Virus record (IMG/VR): IMGVR_UViG_3300033119_001367
Length of the DNA: 64,000 nt
Direction: 5' to 3' (one strand)
Source: a virus
Taxonomy: Duplodnaviria; Heunggongvirae; Uroviricota; Caudoviricetes
Shown: positions 1 to 9,188 of the stretch, in pieces
How positions within the stretch are numbered: position 1 is the stretch's first letter
Layout of the letters: each line of letters opens with the position of its first letter
Notes under the pieces: generated by a model
Told to the model about the DNA's origin: nothing
What the model saw: the letters and a program-made list of their open reading frames with translations, nothing else
The model's database searches: none
Program-made: the position numbers and the translations under genes

Positions 1-510
1 TTTACCATTCTTCTCTGCATAATCTTTAACATACTTATATATGCCTGTTGGATTTTGAGAACCTTCAACTATCTCACAAACTTCACATAACTCATTTATA
101 TAATCTTTTTGCATAGTAAACAAATCATGTTCATCAGAACTTAATTTTGTTTCCCACCAACCTAAAAGCTTAGGAATTGGTATTAATATATTATTTTCAA
201 GAAATATTCTTCTACTTACCCATTTAGCTATAGTATACATTTTACTTCTTTCCATAGAAAAAAGTATTATTTTTAGTTTAATAGGTGTTTTATTTTTATT
301 CAATAACCACCAATCAAATGGATTAAGAATGTAAGCGGAATGACAAAATGCACTCTTTCCACTACCTGTTGCCCCAAATAACAATGTGTATATACGTTTT
401 CTTATTCCTATATATTTATTCAACCTATCAAACCCCATAGGAATACCACTATTTCTACCATCAATACCTGCCTGTACCTCCTTTTTTAATAACTCAAAAC
501 TATTATTCAT
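1..510 (-). CDS. DnaB-family replicative helicase, N-terminal part (gene continues beyond window start)
   Basis: Manual translation from ATG (complement 508-510): MNNSFELLKKEVQAGIDGRNSGIPMGFDRLNKYIGIRKRIYTLLFGATGSGKSAFCHSAYILN...KIILFSMERSKMYTIAKWVSR. This matches the DnaB H1/H1a pattern (GxPtGF..Ld, Walker A GATGSGKS, FSLEMs). Not in the ORF track because it is truncated by the window edge. Confidence 0.6.
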   Translation of the reverse strand, partial: MNNSFELLKKEVQAGIDGRNSGIPMGFDRLNKYIGIRKRIYTLLFGATGSGKSAFCHSAYILNPFDWWLLNKNKTPIKLKIILFSMERSKMYTIAKWVSRRIFLENNILIPIPKLLGWWETKLSSDEHDLFTMQKDYINELCEVCEIVEGSQNPTGIYKYVKDYAEKNGK

Positions 511-738
511 AATTTAATATATTTCATATAATTCAATTTCTAAAATATCAATAACTACCATCCCCTCTCACCTTCTCCTTTTTTGAACCCAACTTAAATT
601 TGCCTATTTTATATGCAAGTTACAAAACTTTCAATACTTTTTGAAACTTTATTTTCCTTCCTGTTACTTGTTTACTTTGTTTTGGGTGTTGTAAATTATT
701 GTGTGTAGTTTATCTTATTCTGTTATCGGTGGGGATTA

Positions 739-1449
739 TTATTTATGGCTATCTGAATCACATTGATTGCCACCGCACTTTTTACATGTGCCATCTTCAT
801 TATATGGCTTTCTACCATCTGCCTTTACCGTTGGGGCGGTGGAAAGTGTTTCAAGCCATTCAAGTTGTAAGCTAAAGCACTCTGAATAAGCTACAAGGTT
901 AGTTCCTTTTACAAACCATACTTTATTTTTATAGTACAATTCCTGATAGATGTCAAAATATTTCACTAAAACAACCTTACCTATACCAGGCAACCTTTCA
1001 CTTGCCTTAATCCATCTGCACAATCCCTGCTCCGCACTCATTGAAGTAGTAGTTTGGGTTATTGGCGATGGAGAGGGATTTGCATTTTCCGAAATAAACT
1101 CATGTTCTGTTATTTCACAGTCGAAATGTAATACATCGTGTAAATATTCCTGTCCTTTAATAAACAGCTCCGCTTCTTGTCTGCTATTGAATTGAAGTGC
1201 ATCGTTCGCATTGTTTGTCCAATCATTTTTTTTATCGGGGATTTCCCCAAATGTTTCTCCTTCGTAAGTAGTACCATAATACCCAGTAATATTTATACAA
1301 TACCATTCATTTGTATCCTTCCTTTCAATTAAGTATTTATATTTATTTCGTTCCACACTCATTGATGGATGGGAGTCTTTTTCTCCATTGGATAATTGTT
1401 CATAAAGTTCGTCTGCTTTCTCATCTCTGAGAGTGTTTAACTTATTCAT
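739..1449 (-). CDS. hypothetical protein (236 aa), C-terminal CxxC...C cluster
   Basis: Long ORF in the dominant strand of this arm; its stop overlaps the downstream gene start. Confidence 0.6.
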   Translation of the reverse strand: MNKLNTLRDEKADELYEQLSNGEKDSHPSMSVERNKYKYLIERKDTNEWYCINITGYYGTTYEGETFGEIPDKKNDWTNNANDALQFNSRQEAELFIKGQEYLHDVLHFDCEITEHEFISENANPSPSPITQTTTSMSAEQGLCRWIKASERLPGIGKVVLVKYFDIYQELYYKNKVWFVKGTNLVAYSECFSLQLEWLETLSTAPTVKADGRKPYNEDGTCKKCGGNQCDSDSHK

Positions 1450-1711
1450 TATTGTATATTTCTAATATTTCCTTAAATGCATCAACTAAAAACTTATGAC
1501 CATGTGGACCAGTGGCATTAGCAGCCTTTCCACTATATACCTTAATAAGAGTACCCAAATCTTCTTTTGTATCACAATAAGAAGCAAGTTCAGCTCCTAT
1601 AGCCATGCTAGATAATCCATTCATTATTTTTCCTGGATTACTTACACACCATGCTGTATAGTCATTTTCATACTCTGCTTTCTTCTGTAAAGCTATTTCT
1701 TTTATGTTCAT
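1442..1711 (-). CDS. hypothetical protein (89 aa)
   Basis: ORF track; co-oriented, tightly packed. Confidence 0.5.
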   Translation of the reverse strand: MNIKEIALQKKAEYENDYTAWCVSNPGKIMNGLSSMAIGAELASYCDTKEDLGTLIKVYSGKAANATGPHGHKFLVDAFKEILEIYNNE

Positions 1712-1721
1712 TTCTTTTATT

Positions 1722-1865
1722 TTACATATGCTGTCCTAATTCTTGATACGCTTCACTTAGTTTATCCATAGCTTTCTCAATCTTTTTCTTTACTAATTTC
1801 TTAACTTCTTTATTATTAATTACATAATCATTTAGATTTGCATTAATAATTGAAATTCTATCCAT
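1722..1865 (-). CDS. small hypothetical protein (~47 aa, MDRISIINANLNDYV...)
   Basis: Manually found sub-threshold ORF filling the 1712-1905 gap; coordinates approximate. Confidence 0.25.
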   Translation of the reverse strand: MDRISIINANLNDYVINNKEVKKLVKKKIEKAMDKLSEAYQELGQHM

Positions 1866-1905
1866 TGCTTCATGTAAAAGACCTTTGTTTATTTTTCTTT
1901 TTTTT

Positions 1906-2250
1906 TCATTTCTTTTGTTTTAAGTATTGAGAGAACTGAAATAGTGCTTTAAATATTGCTTCTTTCTTGTTTTTTCCTTCACAACCTATAATTTCATTAT
2001 AGGGTTGATAGTTAGTATCAATCTGACAATATTCTTGACATACAGTTACTGGATAACCTTGTTTTTCCACCCAATCAATCGCTTCAAACTGCCAGTTAGC
2101 ATCTGTATCGAATTTTAATCCAAAAGGTGGTATAATATTAACCATTCCTTCTTTATCAGCTTTAGTATCAGATTTTACAAATTCTCCTAACATGCCCTTT
2201 TTCCATCCAATCATTTCAGCTATCTCAATATTTTTTTCAATTATTGTCAT
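1906..2250 (-). CDS. hypothetical protein (114 aa)
   Basis: ORF track. Confidence 0.55.
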   Translation of the reverse strand: MTIIEKNIEIAEMIGWKKGMLGEFVKSDTKADKEGMVNIIPPFGLKFDTDANWQFEAIDWVEKQGYPVTVCQEYCQIDTNYQPYNEIIGCEGKNKKEAIFKALFQFSQYLKQKK

Positions 2251-2256
2251 ATTAAA

Positions 2257-2967
2257 TTAGTTTAATTGCTTCCAAATATATTTACCTTGAATAATATTGT
2301 TAAGTATTTTTGGTCTAAATAATTTTGGATTTGGATTAACTTCATAATTAGGAAATTTTCCAATAACAGGTTCATAACCATATTCCTCCATCTCCACTTC
2401 AAACTCTATTGGAAATGGTTTTAGTGATTGTATAATTTCATTACACATATCAGGGATAAAATCTGTTTTACTTGTAACAGCCATTACAATAGCTTTCCTC
2501 ATATCTTCCTCAGTATAACTACCTGAAGATTTGTAAAAATCAAAACAAGCATCATATAATTTGCCACCTATATCTAAAAAAGCCTCATAGTCTGTTTTTC
2601 TCAATCTTTCAATTATAGGAGATATTTTAGGGAACATAAATTTCCTATCAAACTCGTAATCAAGAGATTCAAACTCAGGTAACGACCAAACTCCTTCTAA
2701 TCCTTTATTACCATTAAGAGGAGTATGTGCTATTACTTTCCAGCAATCTTTTCTATCTAATGGTTTTGATTTATAATTATCGTTTCCTATCTTATTATCT
2801 ATAATAAAGGTATTCATTATCCCTTCTCTTATTGGAGATATGTGAATATCTTCATCACGTAAGATAGCTTCTTTATCTACACCCAATATATAATCGGGTG
2901 TTTGTATTATTGTTAATTTCATATTAAAGAATTTTAAAAGTTGGGACAAAATAGGCACTTGAGCCAT
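2257..2967 (-). CDS. hypothetical protein (236 aa)
   Basis: ORF track. Confidence 0.6.
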   Translation of the reverse strand: MAQVPILSQLLKFFNMKLTIIQTPDYILGVDKEAILRDEDIHISPIREGIMNTFIIDNKIGNDNYKSKPLDRKDCWKVIAHTPLNGNKGLEGVWSLPEFESLDYEFDRKFMFPKISPIIERLRKTDYEAFLDIGGKLYDACFDFYKSSGSYTEEDMRKAIVMAVTSKTDFIPDMCNEIIQSLKPFPIEFEVEMEEYGYEPVIGKFPNYEVNPNPKLFRPKILNNIIQGKYIWKQLN

Positions 2968-3142
2968 GAATCTGACTTATATCAAGAACAGCTTCCTTTT
3001 TAAACCAGGATTTTTCCATTAAATCCTGACTTTCAGGCCACTGAACAATTGTATAACTATCTTCTATTACTCTCTGTAACATATCTTTAGCCTCATCTTC
3101 TGATAAATTTAGGATTTTATTCTTTATTTGACTCTTTTTCAT
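2924..3142 (-). CDS. hypothetical protein (72 aa)
   Basis: ORF track; start may be at an internal Met. Confidence 0.45.
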   Translation of the reverse strand: MKKSQIKNKILNLSEDEAKDMLQRVIEDSYTIVQWPESQDLMEKSWFKKEAVLDISQIHGSSAYFVPTFKIL

Positions 3143-3280
3143 ATTTTTTAATTAATTCTTCATGAGTAAATACAGGAGCTGGTTTATCATATAAACCTCT
3201 GTTTTTAGTAGAATACCATCTTTTTCCTTCTTTAGTGTCTTTAAGATAGTATTTTTCTTCTTCTATGTATTGTAGAATGT

Positions 3281-3703
3281 TCATTCTTGAATTTTTATAT
3301 TGTTTTCTTTACGATATTTAAGTTCTTTTCTATACATTTTACTTGCAAAGGATTTATTTAACCCTCTTTCTTTATTATATACAATACAAGCTTTTACCCA
3401 TTCATCAGACATCTGATCTAAAGGAATCCAAGTTAAAGGTTGTCTACCATCTTTTCCTCTTCCTCCTCTATGAAATACTTTCCTTATTTCTTCAAAAAGA
3501 GCTGTATCATATACTGATAATTCAGTATGAGGAGCTTCATAATGAACATTTCTTCTTAAATAATCTTGTCCCCCATCTACCATATACTCTAATCCATTCT
3601 TATCTGTATAAGTCTGATAATCATGTCTATGGTGAGATATTAATATTGTACCATCTGGAGTTTGTATTCTATTACAAATTATCCTAGGTTCTAATTTTTT
3701 CAT
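3281..3703 (-). CDS. hypothetical protein (140 aa)
   Basis: ORF track. Confidence 0.55.
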   Translation of the reverse strand: MKKLEPRIICNRIQTPDGTILISHHRHDYQTYTDKNGLEYMVDGGQDYLRRNVHYEAPHTELSVYDTALFEEIRKVFHRGGRGKDGRQPLTWIPLDQMSDEWVKACIVYNKERGLNKSFASKMYRKELKYRKENNIKIQE

Positions 3704-3903
3704 TTTTCTGTAAGTTTTTCAAGAGTATAGATTTGATTATTAACTCTTATAATGTTACTAATAAGCTCTTCTGTATAAGCTTTAAATTCTTTATCCATTA
3801 CTAGATGTACATCACAAGTAGTAGTTAATCTGGACATCCACATTTTTTTATCTTCTTTTAGCTTTTTAAGTAAAAGATCATATTTCTTTTTCATATAATT
3901 CAT
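3700..3903 (-). CDS. hypothetical protein (67 aa)
   Basis: ORF track; ATGA-type overlap with its neighbour. Confidence 0.45.
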   Translation of the reverse strand: MNYMKKKYDLLLKKLKEDKKMWMSRLTTTCDVHLVMDKEFKAYTEELISNIIRVNNQIYTLEKLTEK

Positions 3904-4081
3904 TTAAAGCTTTAACAATCATATCAGCATGTTCTTCTTCAAAACACTCACATACTGTTGTTTTCCAGTAATTATCTTCTGGTTTTCCAAAATCTTCAAG
4001 ACCATCTTTGGTATCTACTATTGAATATGCAAAACAACAATGAGCAGAAATACTCTTATCTATTCTTTTAAATCTTTCCAT
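3878..4081 (-). CDS. small protein, YEIY-tail family variant (ends ...LYEKEI)
   Basis: ORF track; C-terminus is a variant of the family motif. Confidence 0.45.
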   Translation of the reverse strand: MERFKRIDKSISAHCCFAYSIVDTKDGLEDFGKPEDNYWKTTVCECFEEEHADMIVKALNELYEKEI

Positions 4082-4083
4082 AA

Positions 4084-4311
4084 TTAATAAATTTCGTAAG
4101 GTTCTTCAAATAATTTAAAACAATGAGCAGGGTAATAACCGTCTTTATCTGTGTGTAAACTACTAAATTGGTTATTTATTGCTATATGTTTGAGTGTAAC
4201 AGGCTCTCCTACTTTACATCTTACTTTTATTTTACTAATCATTCCCCAGTCTTTGTCTTCTATTTTTCTAAACATAACTATTTTCTTACCTATATCTTTT
4301 TTTGTTAACAT
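4084..4311 (-). CDS. small protein of the YEIY-tail family (ends PYEIY)
   Basis: ORF track; its C-terminus is encoded by the 17-mer ATTAATAAATTTCGTAA, which is shared with 11861..12124. Confidence 0.55.
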   Translation of the reverse strand: MLTKKDIGKKIVMFRKIEDKDWGMISKIKVRCKVGEPVTLKHIAINNQFSSLHTDKDGYYPAHCFKLFEEPYEIY

Positions 4312-4312
4312 A

Positions 4313-4546
4313 TTAGTATATTTCAGGTTCTAAAAATTTTTGTCCTTTTACCCATTCCCCATCAACTTGTATAACTTCAATCCAGTTATTACTATTTAAT
4401 TCTCGTAATATACTTTCTACAGAATGTCCACTTACTCTTGACAAGCTTCTGGTATCTTTATAATTAGGATCTATTATGTATATGGCAGTACCTCGCTCTC
4501 CTACTCTAAAAGTAACTCCGTTTATATTATCTTTAGTATATCTCAT
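4313..4546 (-). CDS. small protein of the YEIY-tail family (ends EPEIY)
   Basis: ORF track gives 4313..4555 using TTG as start. An ATG start at MRYTKDN (about 4546) is more likely and overlaps the YEIY stop of the upstream gene. Confidence 0.5.
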   Translation of the reverse strand: MRYTKDNINGVTFRVGERGTAIYIIDPNYKDTRSLSRVSGHSVESILRELNSNNWIEVIQVDGEWVKGQKFLEPEIY

Positions 4547-4826
4547 AATTTTCAAAAATTTGATTATCTAAAAAAAGTGTTTCTGCTGATATAATATCAA
4601 ACCCATCAAAATTAGAACCATAGCAATCATCTCCTATTGGATGAGGAATTGGTCCACCAGTCCTAAAAGTGTAACTAACCTTAGTTCTTTCTTTGTAAGA
4701 TTCCCAATAATCTGTTCTACCAGCAAAAGATAATTCTAATAATTTAGTAACTTTTAAAAATTGTTCCTCAGTTACACAACTAACAGCTACTGGGTGTCTT
4801 TTTAGATATTCTATTGTATATTTCAT
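4533..4826 (-). CDS. small protein of the YEIY-tail family (ends ENYEIY; starts MKYTIEY)
   Basis: ORF track; junction TATGAGATATACTAA is shared with the downstream gene. Confidence 0.55.
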   Translation of the reverse strand: MKYTIEYLKRHPVAVSCVTEEQFLKVTKLLELSFAGRTDYWESYKERTKVSYTFRTGGPIPHPIGDDCYGSNFDGFDIISAETLFLDNQIFENYEIY

Positions 4827-5431
4827 ATATCTACAGCATTTCCAACCTGTTCAGGTTGTTTGTTAATATTTTGTTTGTAAATCTCAATAAAAGGTTGAAA
4901 CATCTTCTCATTTAAATATCTATAGGAATTACCTATAAAACTTATCTGATTTTCTCCTTTTTTAAAAGATAAATCCTTTGCCATTTGAATATGATATTCA
5001 GTAGCATTTATTATATCATCAGCAGTAAAACCTTCATTAATGTACTTGTTAAACAATTGTTTACAATCCAGCTTCTTAACTCTTTTACTTTGAGTACCTT
5101 TAAAGGTCTTATTCTTATAAACAAACATGTTTGTTGCAGGATAAGTAACCCACCACTTCTCAAAATCATTGGTTTTCAACCTCTTAACTAACTCTTTAGG
5201 GTTTCCATCGTCTTCCATATAAGACAATAACTCTTCTCCAGACATAGTAACCTGATTGTCTTCAGTTATTAATTGTTTTCTTAATAACATCTGGTTAATA
5301 GCTCCTATTTTAGGAAGAAGGATAGCATCTGTTATATCTACTTTATCTTTAATAAGTTTTAACAAATACAGTATATCCAGTGAAAATCCTGCATTAAGTA
5401 CTTTTATGTATTTTTCTAATGTTATATTCAT
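4823..5431 (-). CDS. hypothetical protein (202 aa)
   Basis: ORF track. Confidence 0.6.
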   Translation of the reverse strand: MNITLEKYIKVLNAGFSLDILYLLKLIKDKVDITDAILLPKIGAINQMLLRKQLITEDNQVTMSGEELLSYMEDDGNPKELVKRLKTNDFEKWWVTYPATNMFVYKNKTFKGTQSKRVKKLDCKQLFNKYINEGFTADDIINATEYHIQMAKDLSFKKGENQISFIGNSYRYLNEKMFQPFIEIYKQNINKQPEQVGNAVDI

Positions 5432-5661
5432 ATTCCCCCCTTTAATTTTTTTAGTAAATCTTTATCCTCTATTAATACTCCCCATGAAGAACCTATTGGA
5501 AAAGTTTCAAAACCACATTGTTTTAATTGATCAGTAATCCATTCAGCTACTTCTGGTATAGATTTATTTTTCCATATTTCGGGATACTTCTTCATATCTA
5601 TAAGTTGAGATATACATAATGAAAAACATATATCTATTAACTTCTGTTCTTTACTCTTCAT
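5428..5661 (-). CDS. hypothetical protein (77 aa)
   Basis: ORF track. Confidence 0.5.
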   Translation of the reverse strand: MKSKEQKLIDICFSLCISQLIDMKKYPEIWKNKSIPEVAEWITDQLKQCGFETFPIGSSWGVLIEDKDLLKKLKGGI

Positions 5662-5969
5662 TTACAGGTTTTTAGTATTTTTTTCATTTTATCAACTCTA
5701 AATTGTAAGCAATCAATAATTTCAGCTTTACTAGTTACCTCATTGGGATAAGTATGCCAATAGAAATTATCTGTTTTTTCTCTATTTACCCATGCTTTAT
5801 TATATATGCTTACATTAAAATTGGCATCAGTCACAGTACATATTCCCATTCCACAATTATGATTATCAACAATTCTAAGTATCTCTCTATAGTCTTTAAC
5901 AGGTTTTATTTCACGTAAAACTAAGTTATATTTTCTAATTAGTTTTGTTAAGATTTCTTTCTTTGTCAT
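5658..5969 (-). CDS. hypothetical protein (103 aa); paralog of 16266..16643
   Basis: C-terminus IIDCLQFRVDKMKKILKT aligns with AIEALQYRVDRMKELLQK of 16266..16643. Confidence 0.55.
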   Translation of the reverse strand: MTKKEILTKLIRKYNLVLREIKPVKDYREILRIVDNHNCGMGICTVTDANFNVSIYNKAWVNREKTDNFYWHTYPNEVTSKAEIIDCLQFRVDKMKKILKTCK

Positions 5970-6116
5970 AAATTAAACAATTTTATAAATTTCCTTTTAT
6001 AACCACTATTATTGAACCATAAGAGTACTTCTTTTTCAGTAGTAATGTCTATATTTGGTTCAAATACAATAATGGTAGCAACTATAATAGCTATTAATAT
6101 AATTAAAACTAACATG
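5967..6116 (-). CDS. small single-pass membrane protein (~49 aa, MLVLIILIAIIVATIIVF...)
   Basis: Manually found sub-threshold ORF; its TGA stop overlaps the ATG of 5658..5969 (ATGA coupling); hydrophobic N-terminal helix. Confidence 0.4.
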
Positions 6117-6117
6117 G

Positions 6118-6366
6118 TTAAATATTTTTATTCCATAAAATACCAGAAAAGGTTTTTACAGTATGTTTTTGAATAAAGTTAAAATAAGCTCTGGATGGTG
6201 TATAATTATACCCACCATGTAAATTCTTTCTAATACGTTTTTTAGCATCTTGTAATTCACAATTATTACGATTATTAGCAAGTTTTCTAAAAAACCCAGG
6301 TTCGCCTACTTTTGGTTTAGGAAAATCTTTGTAGTTAGAAGATTGATAAACAAGTTGATATTTCAT
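6118..6366 (-). CDS. small protein (82 aa, starts MKYQLVY)
   Basis: ORF track; MKY start typical of the local family. Confidence 0.5.
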   Translation of the reverse strand: MKYQLVYQSSNYKDFPKPKVGEPGFFRKLANNRNNCELQDAKKRIRKNLHGGYNYTPSRAYFNFIQKHTVKTFSGILWNKNI

Positions 6367-6385
6367 GATATTAAGTTTTAATTAT

Positions 6386-6691
6386 TTAATAAATTTCGTA
6401 TGCCCTTATTTGATTCGCTTTTACTGGTCTACCAGCTCTTATATAGTCCTCAATTTCATATAGTGCAGCAGCCCTAACTGTCATTTTACCATGTGATATT
6501 TTATTCTCTTTTGAATTACTTATAGACCAACCATCAAAATTTCCATTCATATTCTTTTCTATACATAAAGCAAACCAATCAAAGTTTCTAGTAAGTTTGT
6601 AAACATACCCTATTGGTATACTTCGCCAAATATCTTCTACTCCAACACAAGTAGTTAATAAGACTATATAATCTCCTTTAATATATTTCAT
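6386..6691 (-). CDS. small protein of the YEIY-tail family (MKYIKGDY...RAYEIY)
   Basis: ORF track; both termini carry the family motifs. Confidence 0.55.
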   Translation of the reverse strand: MKYIKGDYIVLLTTCVGVEDIWRSIPIGYVYKLTRNFDWFALCIEKNMNGNFDGWSISNSKENKISHGKMTVRAAALYEIEDYIRAGRPVKANQIRAYEIY

Positions 6692-6923
6692 ATTCTATGA
6701 TTTCTTTTTGATTATAAACTCTTTTAAAATCTTCAAAGGATATTTCTTTATAACCTTTTTGTTTTCCTAGGAATATACATTTGTTATTACATAAAGGATA
6801 ATGATAATAATAATACTCATCTTCAAAAGAAGAATTAATAGAAAAGTACTTTCTATCATTTAATTTTGTAAAAAATTCATTCATTTCTGAAATATTTCCT
6901 ACTCTTTTAATACAGTATTTCAT
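6678..6923 (-). CDS. small protein of the YEIY-tail family (MKYCIKR...EYEIY)
   Basis: ORF track gives 6678..6986. The likely true start is the internal MKY (about 6923), which overlaps the YEILY stop of 6907..7179. Confidence 0.5.
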   Translation of the reverse strand: MKYCIKRVGNISEMNEFFTKLNDRKYFSINSSFEDEYYYYHYPLCNNKCIFLGKQKGYKEISFEDFKRVYNQKEIIEYEIY

Positions 6924-7179
6924 ATTCATCATTTTTATAATTAAACCCCTCAAAAGATGTTTCATTCCCTGCTTGTATATGTTCAAAATAAGCTATTTCT
7001 TTAGGAGTTGCCAATTTAGCTTCTACAAAAGAAATCAATTCCTGAATTGGACCAGTAGATCCGTCAAAATTTACAATTTTTGCCCATATCTTTTTGTCAT
7101 TATCCTCTAGACAAAAAGCTAAAAATGGATCTACATACTTATAAATAATATGGTAATAAGTACCTTTAATATATTTCAT
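6907..7179 (-). CDS. small protein of the YEIY-tail family (MKYIKGTYY...EYEILY)
   Basis: ORF track; junction TATGAAATATATTAAAG is identical to the one at 6678/6691. Confidence 0.55.
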   Translation of the reverse strand: MKYIKGTYYHIIYKYVDPFLAFCLEDNDKKIWAKIVNFDGSTGPIQELISFVEAKLATPKEIAYFEHIQAGNETSFEGFNYKNDEYEILY

Positions 7180-7420
7180 ATGCTTTATTTATATTTTGAT
7201 GTTGATAAAATTCTTCTTTTGATATAATAATATAATCATGCTCCCTATACCATTCCTCATTACAGTGTAGCCCAATCCCTAGATTAATACACATGCCAGC
7301 ATATAAATTTGATAAAGATTTTATACCTAATAACTCACAAGCCAATTGTCTTAATTCCTCATCAAGACCAATCTGTAAAACTATTTTATTTTTTCCATAA
7401 TACTCTTTAGTATATTTCAT
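7166..7420 (-). CDS. small protein of the YEIY-tail family (MKYTKEYY...KAYEIY)
   Basis: ORF track. Confidence 0.55.
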   Translation of the reverse strand: MKYTKEYYGKNKIVLQIGLDEELRQLACELLGIKSLSNLYAGMCINLGIGLHCNEEWYREHDYIIISKEEFYQHQNINKAYEIY

Positions 7421-7440
7421 AATTATTCAAATTCAATGAT

Positions 7441-7487
7441 AAAAAATTTAAAATAATAGCCCCCACAATTAAGTGAGGGCTATTATT
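7441..7487 (-). terminator. rho-independent terminator after gene 7500..7970
   Basis: Perfect 11-bp stem AATAATAGCCC/GGGCTATTATT (7452-7487), followed on the minus strand by TTTTAAATTTTTT. Confidence 0.6.
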
Positions 7488-7499
7488 AAAAATGGAAGA

Positions 7500-7970
7500 T
7501 TATGCAAACAAATCTTTAATGTTTTGCATAGAAGCAACAAACTTTTGCTCCCTGCTTAGGTTCTCTTCCAAAATCCTCTTAGCTTCGGTCAACTTAGCCA
7601 GTTTAGATTCAAAAGTAGTTTCCCTGTACTGAGCCATGATTTCATCCTGCCATTGCTTTAAAGAATGACCACCTTCAGTAAAAGCTTTAATAGGAGTTAA
7701 GCTATCTACTTCCTGAAATACAGGGGTAAATTCTGCATAAGCAGCCGCTTTCCTTGTTATGAATGCATAAGCATCCATTAAACGAGCAGGATCCTTAATA
7801 TCGGAAATTATCCCGAATGCTCCCAAAGGGGTGGTTATCTTAGCAGCCCTCTCTTTATCTCCTTTAAGTTTTTTAATTTGATCATTTACCTGCTGAAGTA
7901 AATTTGGAACTTCTTCCAATGTAAATTGTGTTGCAGTTGCTACTTCCATGTTTTTTGCTTTTGTTGCCAT
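7500..7970 (-). CDS. hypothetical protein (156 aa), GC-richer and flanked by its own terminator
   Basis: ORF track; base composition differs from its neighbours and a terminator lies immediately downstream. Confidence 0.6.
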   Translation of the reverse strand: MATKAKNMEVATATQFTLEEVPNLLQQVNDQIKKLKGDKERAAKITTPLGAFGIISDIKDPARLMDAYAFITRKAAAYAEFTPVFQEVDSLTPIKAFTEGGHSLKQWQDEIMAQYRETTFESKLAKLTEAKRILEENLSREQKFVASMQNIKDLFA

Positions 7971-7988
7971 TTTGTTTGTTTTTAATTA

Positions 7989-8240
7989 TTAATAATAAAA
8001 TTCTTGATTTAAATTTTCACCTAATATAATTAGGTCTTCTCCTATTTTGTAATTAGAATTCAGTCCCCAATTATCCCACTCAACTTCATATGTATCATCA
8101 TTATTATTATAACCATCTATAGTCCCTTTTATATTTAAAGGATTTTTACTGGTTGGTTTTAATGATCCACTATTTACCCATCTAGATGTAGGGTTTAACA
8201 TTACTCTTGTACCAATTGGGATTTCATTTTCTTTTTTCAT
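7989..8240 (-). CDS. small protein (83 aa, ends QEFYY)
   Basis: ORF track; variant of the aromatic tail. Confidence 0.5.
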   Translation of the reverse strand: MKKENEIPIGTRVMLNPTSRWVNSGSLKPTSKNPLNIKGTIDGYNNNDDTYEVEWDNWGLNSNYKIGEDLIILGENLNQEFYY

Positions 8241-8255
8241 ATATGGTTTGTTTGT

Positions 8256-8444
8256 TTAATATATTTCTTCGTAAGGAATTTCTTTAACTTCTTCATAGTA
8301 ATCCTCAAAACTTCCATAACTACCAAAATTCCTTTCGGGAAAAGTATCTTCTGTTATATAACTTCCTTTTATATAGCTGAAAAGAATTTCTTCAGAATCT
8401 TCCGAATAGTAATCCCAGCTTTTTAATACTTTATAATATTTCAT
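8256..8444 (-). CDS. small protein of the YEIY-tail family (MKYYKV...YEEIY)
   Basis: ORF track. Confidence 0.5.
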   Translation of the reverse strand: MKYYKVLKSWDYYSEDSEEILFSYIKGSYITEDTFPERNFGSYGSFEDYYEEVKEIPYEEIY

Positions 8445-8617
8445 TTTAGTCTTTTTGTTTTAAAACCATATAGAATCTTACCTGATTTAGGTGGACTATT
8501 ACTATAATATGGGACTACATAGTTTCTTCCCATTATAGGGTTTAATATTAATAGCCTTACATCTTTATCCAATCTTACTTCTTCTGAACAAAGATAGTGA
8601 AATTTAGTAGATTTCAT
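8441..8617 (-). CDS. small protein (~58 aa, MKSTKFHYLC...) of the same junction type
   Basis: Manually found sub-threshold ORF. Its start overlaps the NTYEIY stop of 8604..8876 (TATGAAATCTACTAA) and its TGA overlaps the ATG of 8256..8444. Confidence 0.45.
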   Translation of the reverse strand: MKSTKFHYLCSEEVRLDKDVRLLILNPIMGRNYVVPYYSNSPPKSGKILYGFKTKRLK

Positions 8618-8876
8618 ATGTATTTGAATTTATTGTGTAATCTTTTATATGATCCATAGAAAAACCATAACCACTGATTAACCCATTTAGTCCTATTTCA
8701 GTTGTTTTTAATCCTTCTATGATGCCTTTCCAAGGATATATTATACCTTTTTTTGGATTTTTATCGGATAATTCAGAAGACCACATACTTGGTTCTTTAT
8801 GTATAGTTATAGTATCACCTATTTTAAATTGATTTTCTTTCATATAATCTGTTTGTAAAGTTATACCTTTTTTCAT
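8604..8876 (-). CDS. small protein of the YEIY-tail family (ends NTYEIY)
   Basis: ORF track. Confidence 0.55.
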   Translation of the reverse strand: MKKGITLQTDYMKENQFKIGDTITIHKEPSMWSSELSDKNPKKGIIYPWKGIIEGLKTTEIGLNGLISGYGFSMDHIKDYTINSNTYEIY

Positions 8877-9000
8877 CCTCTATAAGAGGTGGATGTTTTC
8901 TTAATAACCTGTTTAATTCTGCTATTTTCTCTTTATCAGCAGGAAATTTAGCTTGTTCCGCATAGATTAGCTTCTTTATATTCTGTCTCTCTCCCATAAG

Positions 9001-9186
9001 TTAATATATTTCTTCTTCTAATAATACTATTTCAAAAGCATTTTTATTTACAGGATATTGTTTTTCTAAAAGCTTAGCCCATGTATAACAAGAAAACCCA
9101 CTATTCGTATTTAAATCCTCAACTTCATATATTTTCCCTATTATTGCTCGATTATTCCAAGCATAATTACATTTTATATAATACAT
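9001..9186 (-). CDS. small protein of the YEIY-tail family (ends EEEIY)
   Basis: ORF track. Confidence 0.5.
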   Translation of the reverse strand: MYYIKCNYAWNNRAIIGKIYEVEDLNTNSGFSCYTWAKLLEKQYPVNKNAFEIVLLEEEIY

Positions 9187-9188
9187 AA

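Noticed and set aside
950-1195. 81-aa plus-strand ORF
   Set aside because: Antisense to 739..1449 on the minority strand of this arm.
3343-3687. 114-aa plus-strand ORF
   Set aside because: Antisense to 3281..3703; hydrophobic low-complexity translation typical of AT-rich shadow frames.
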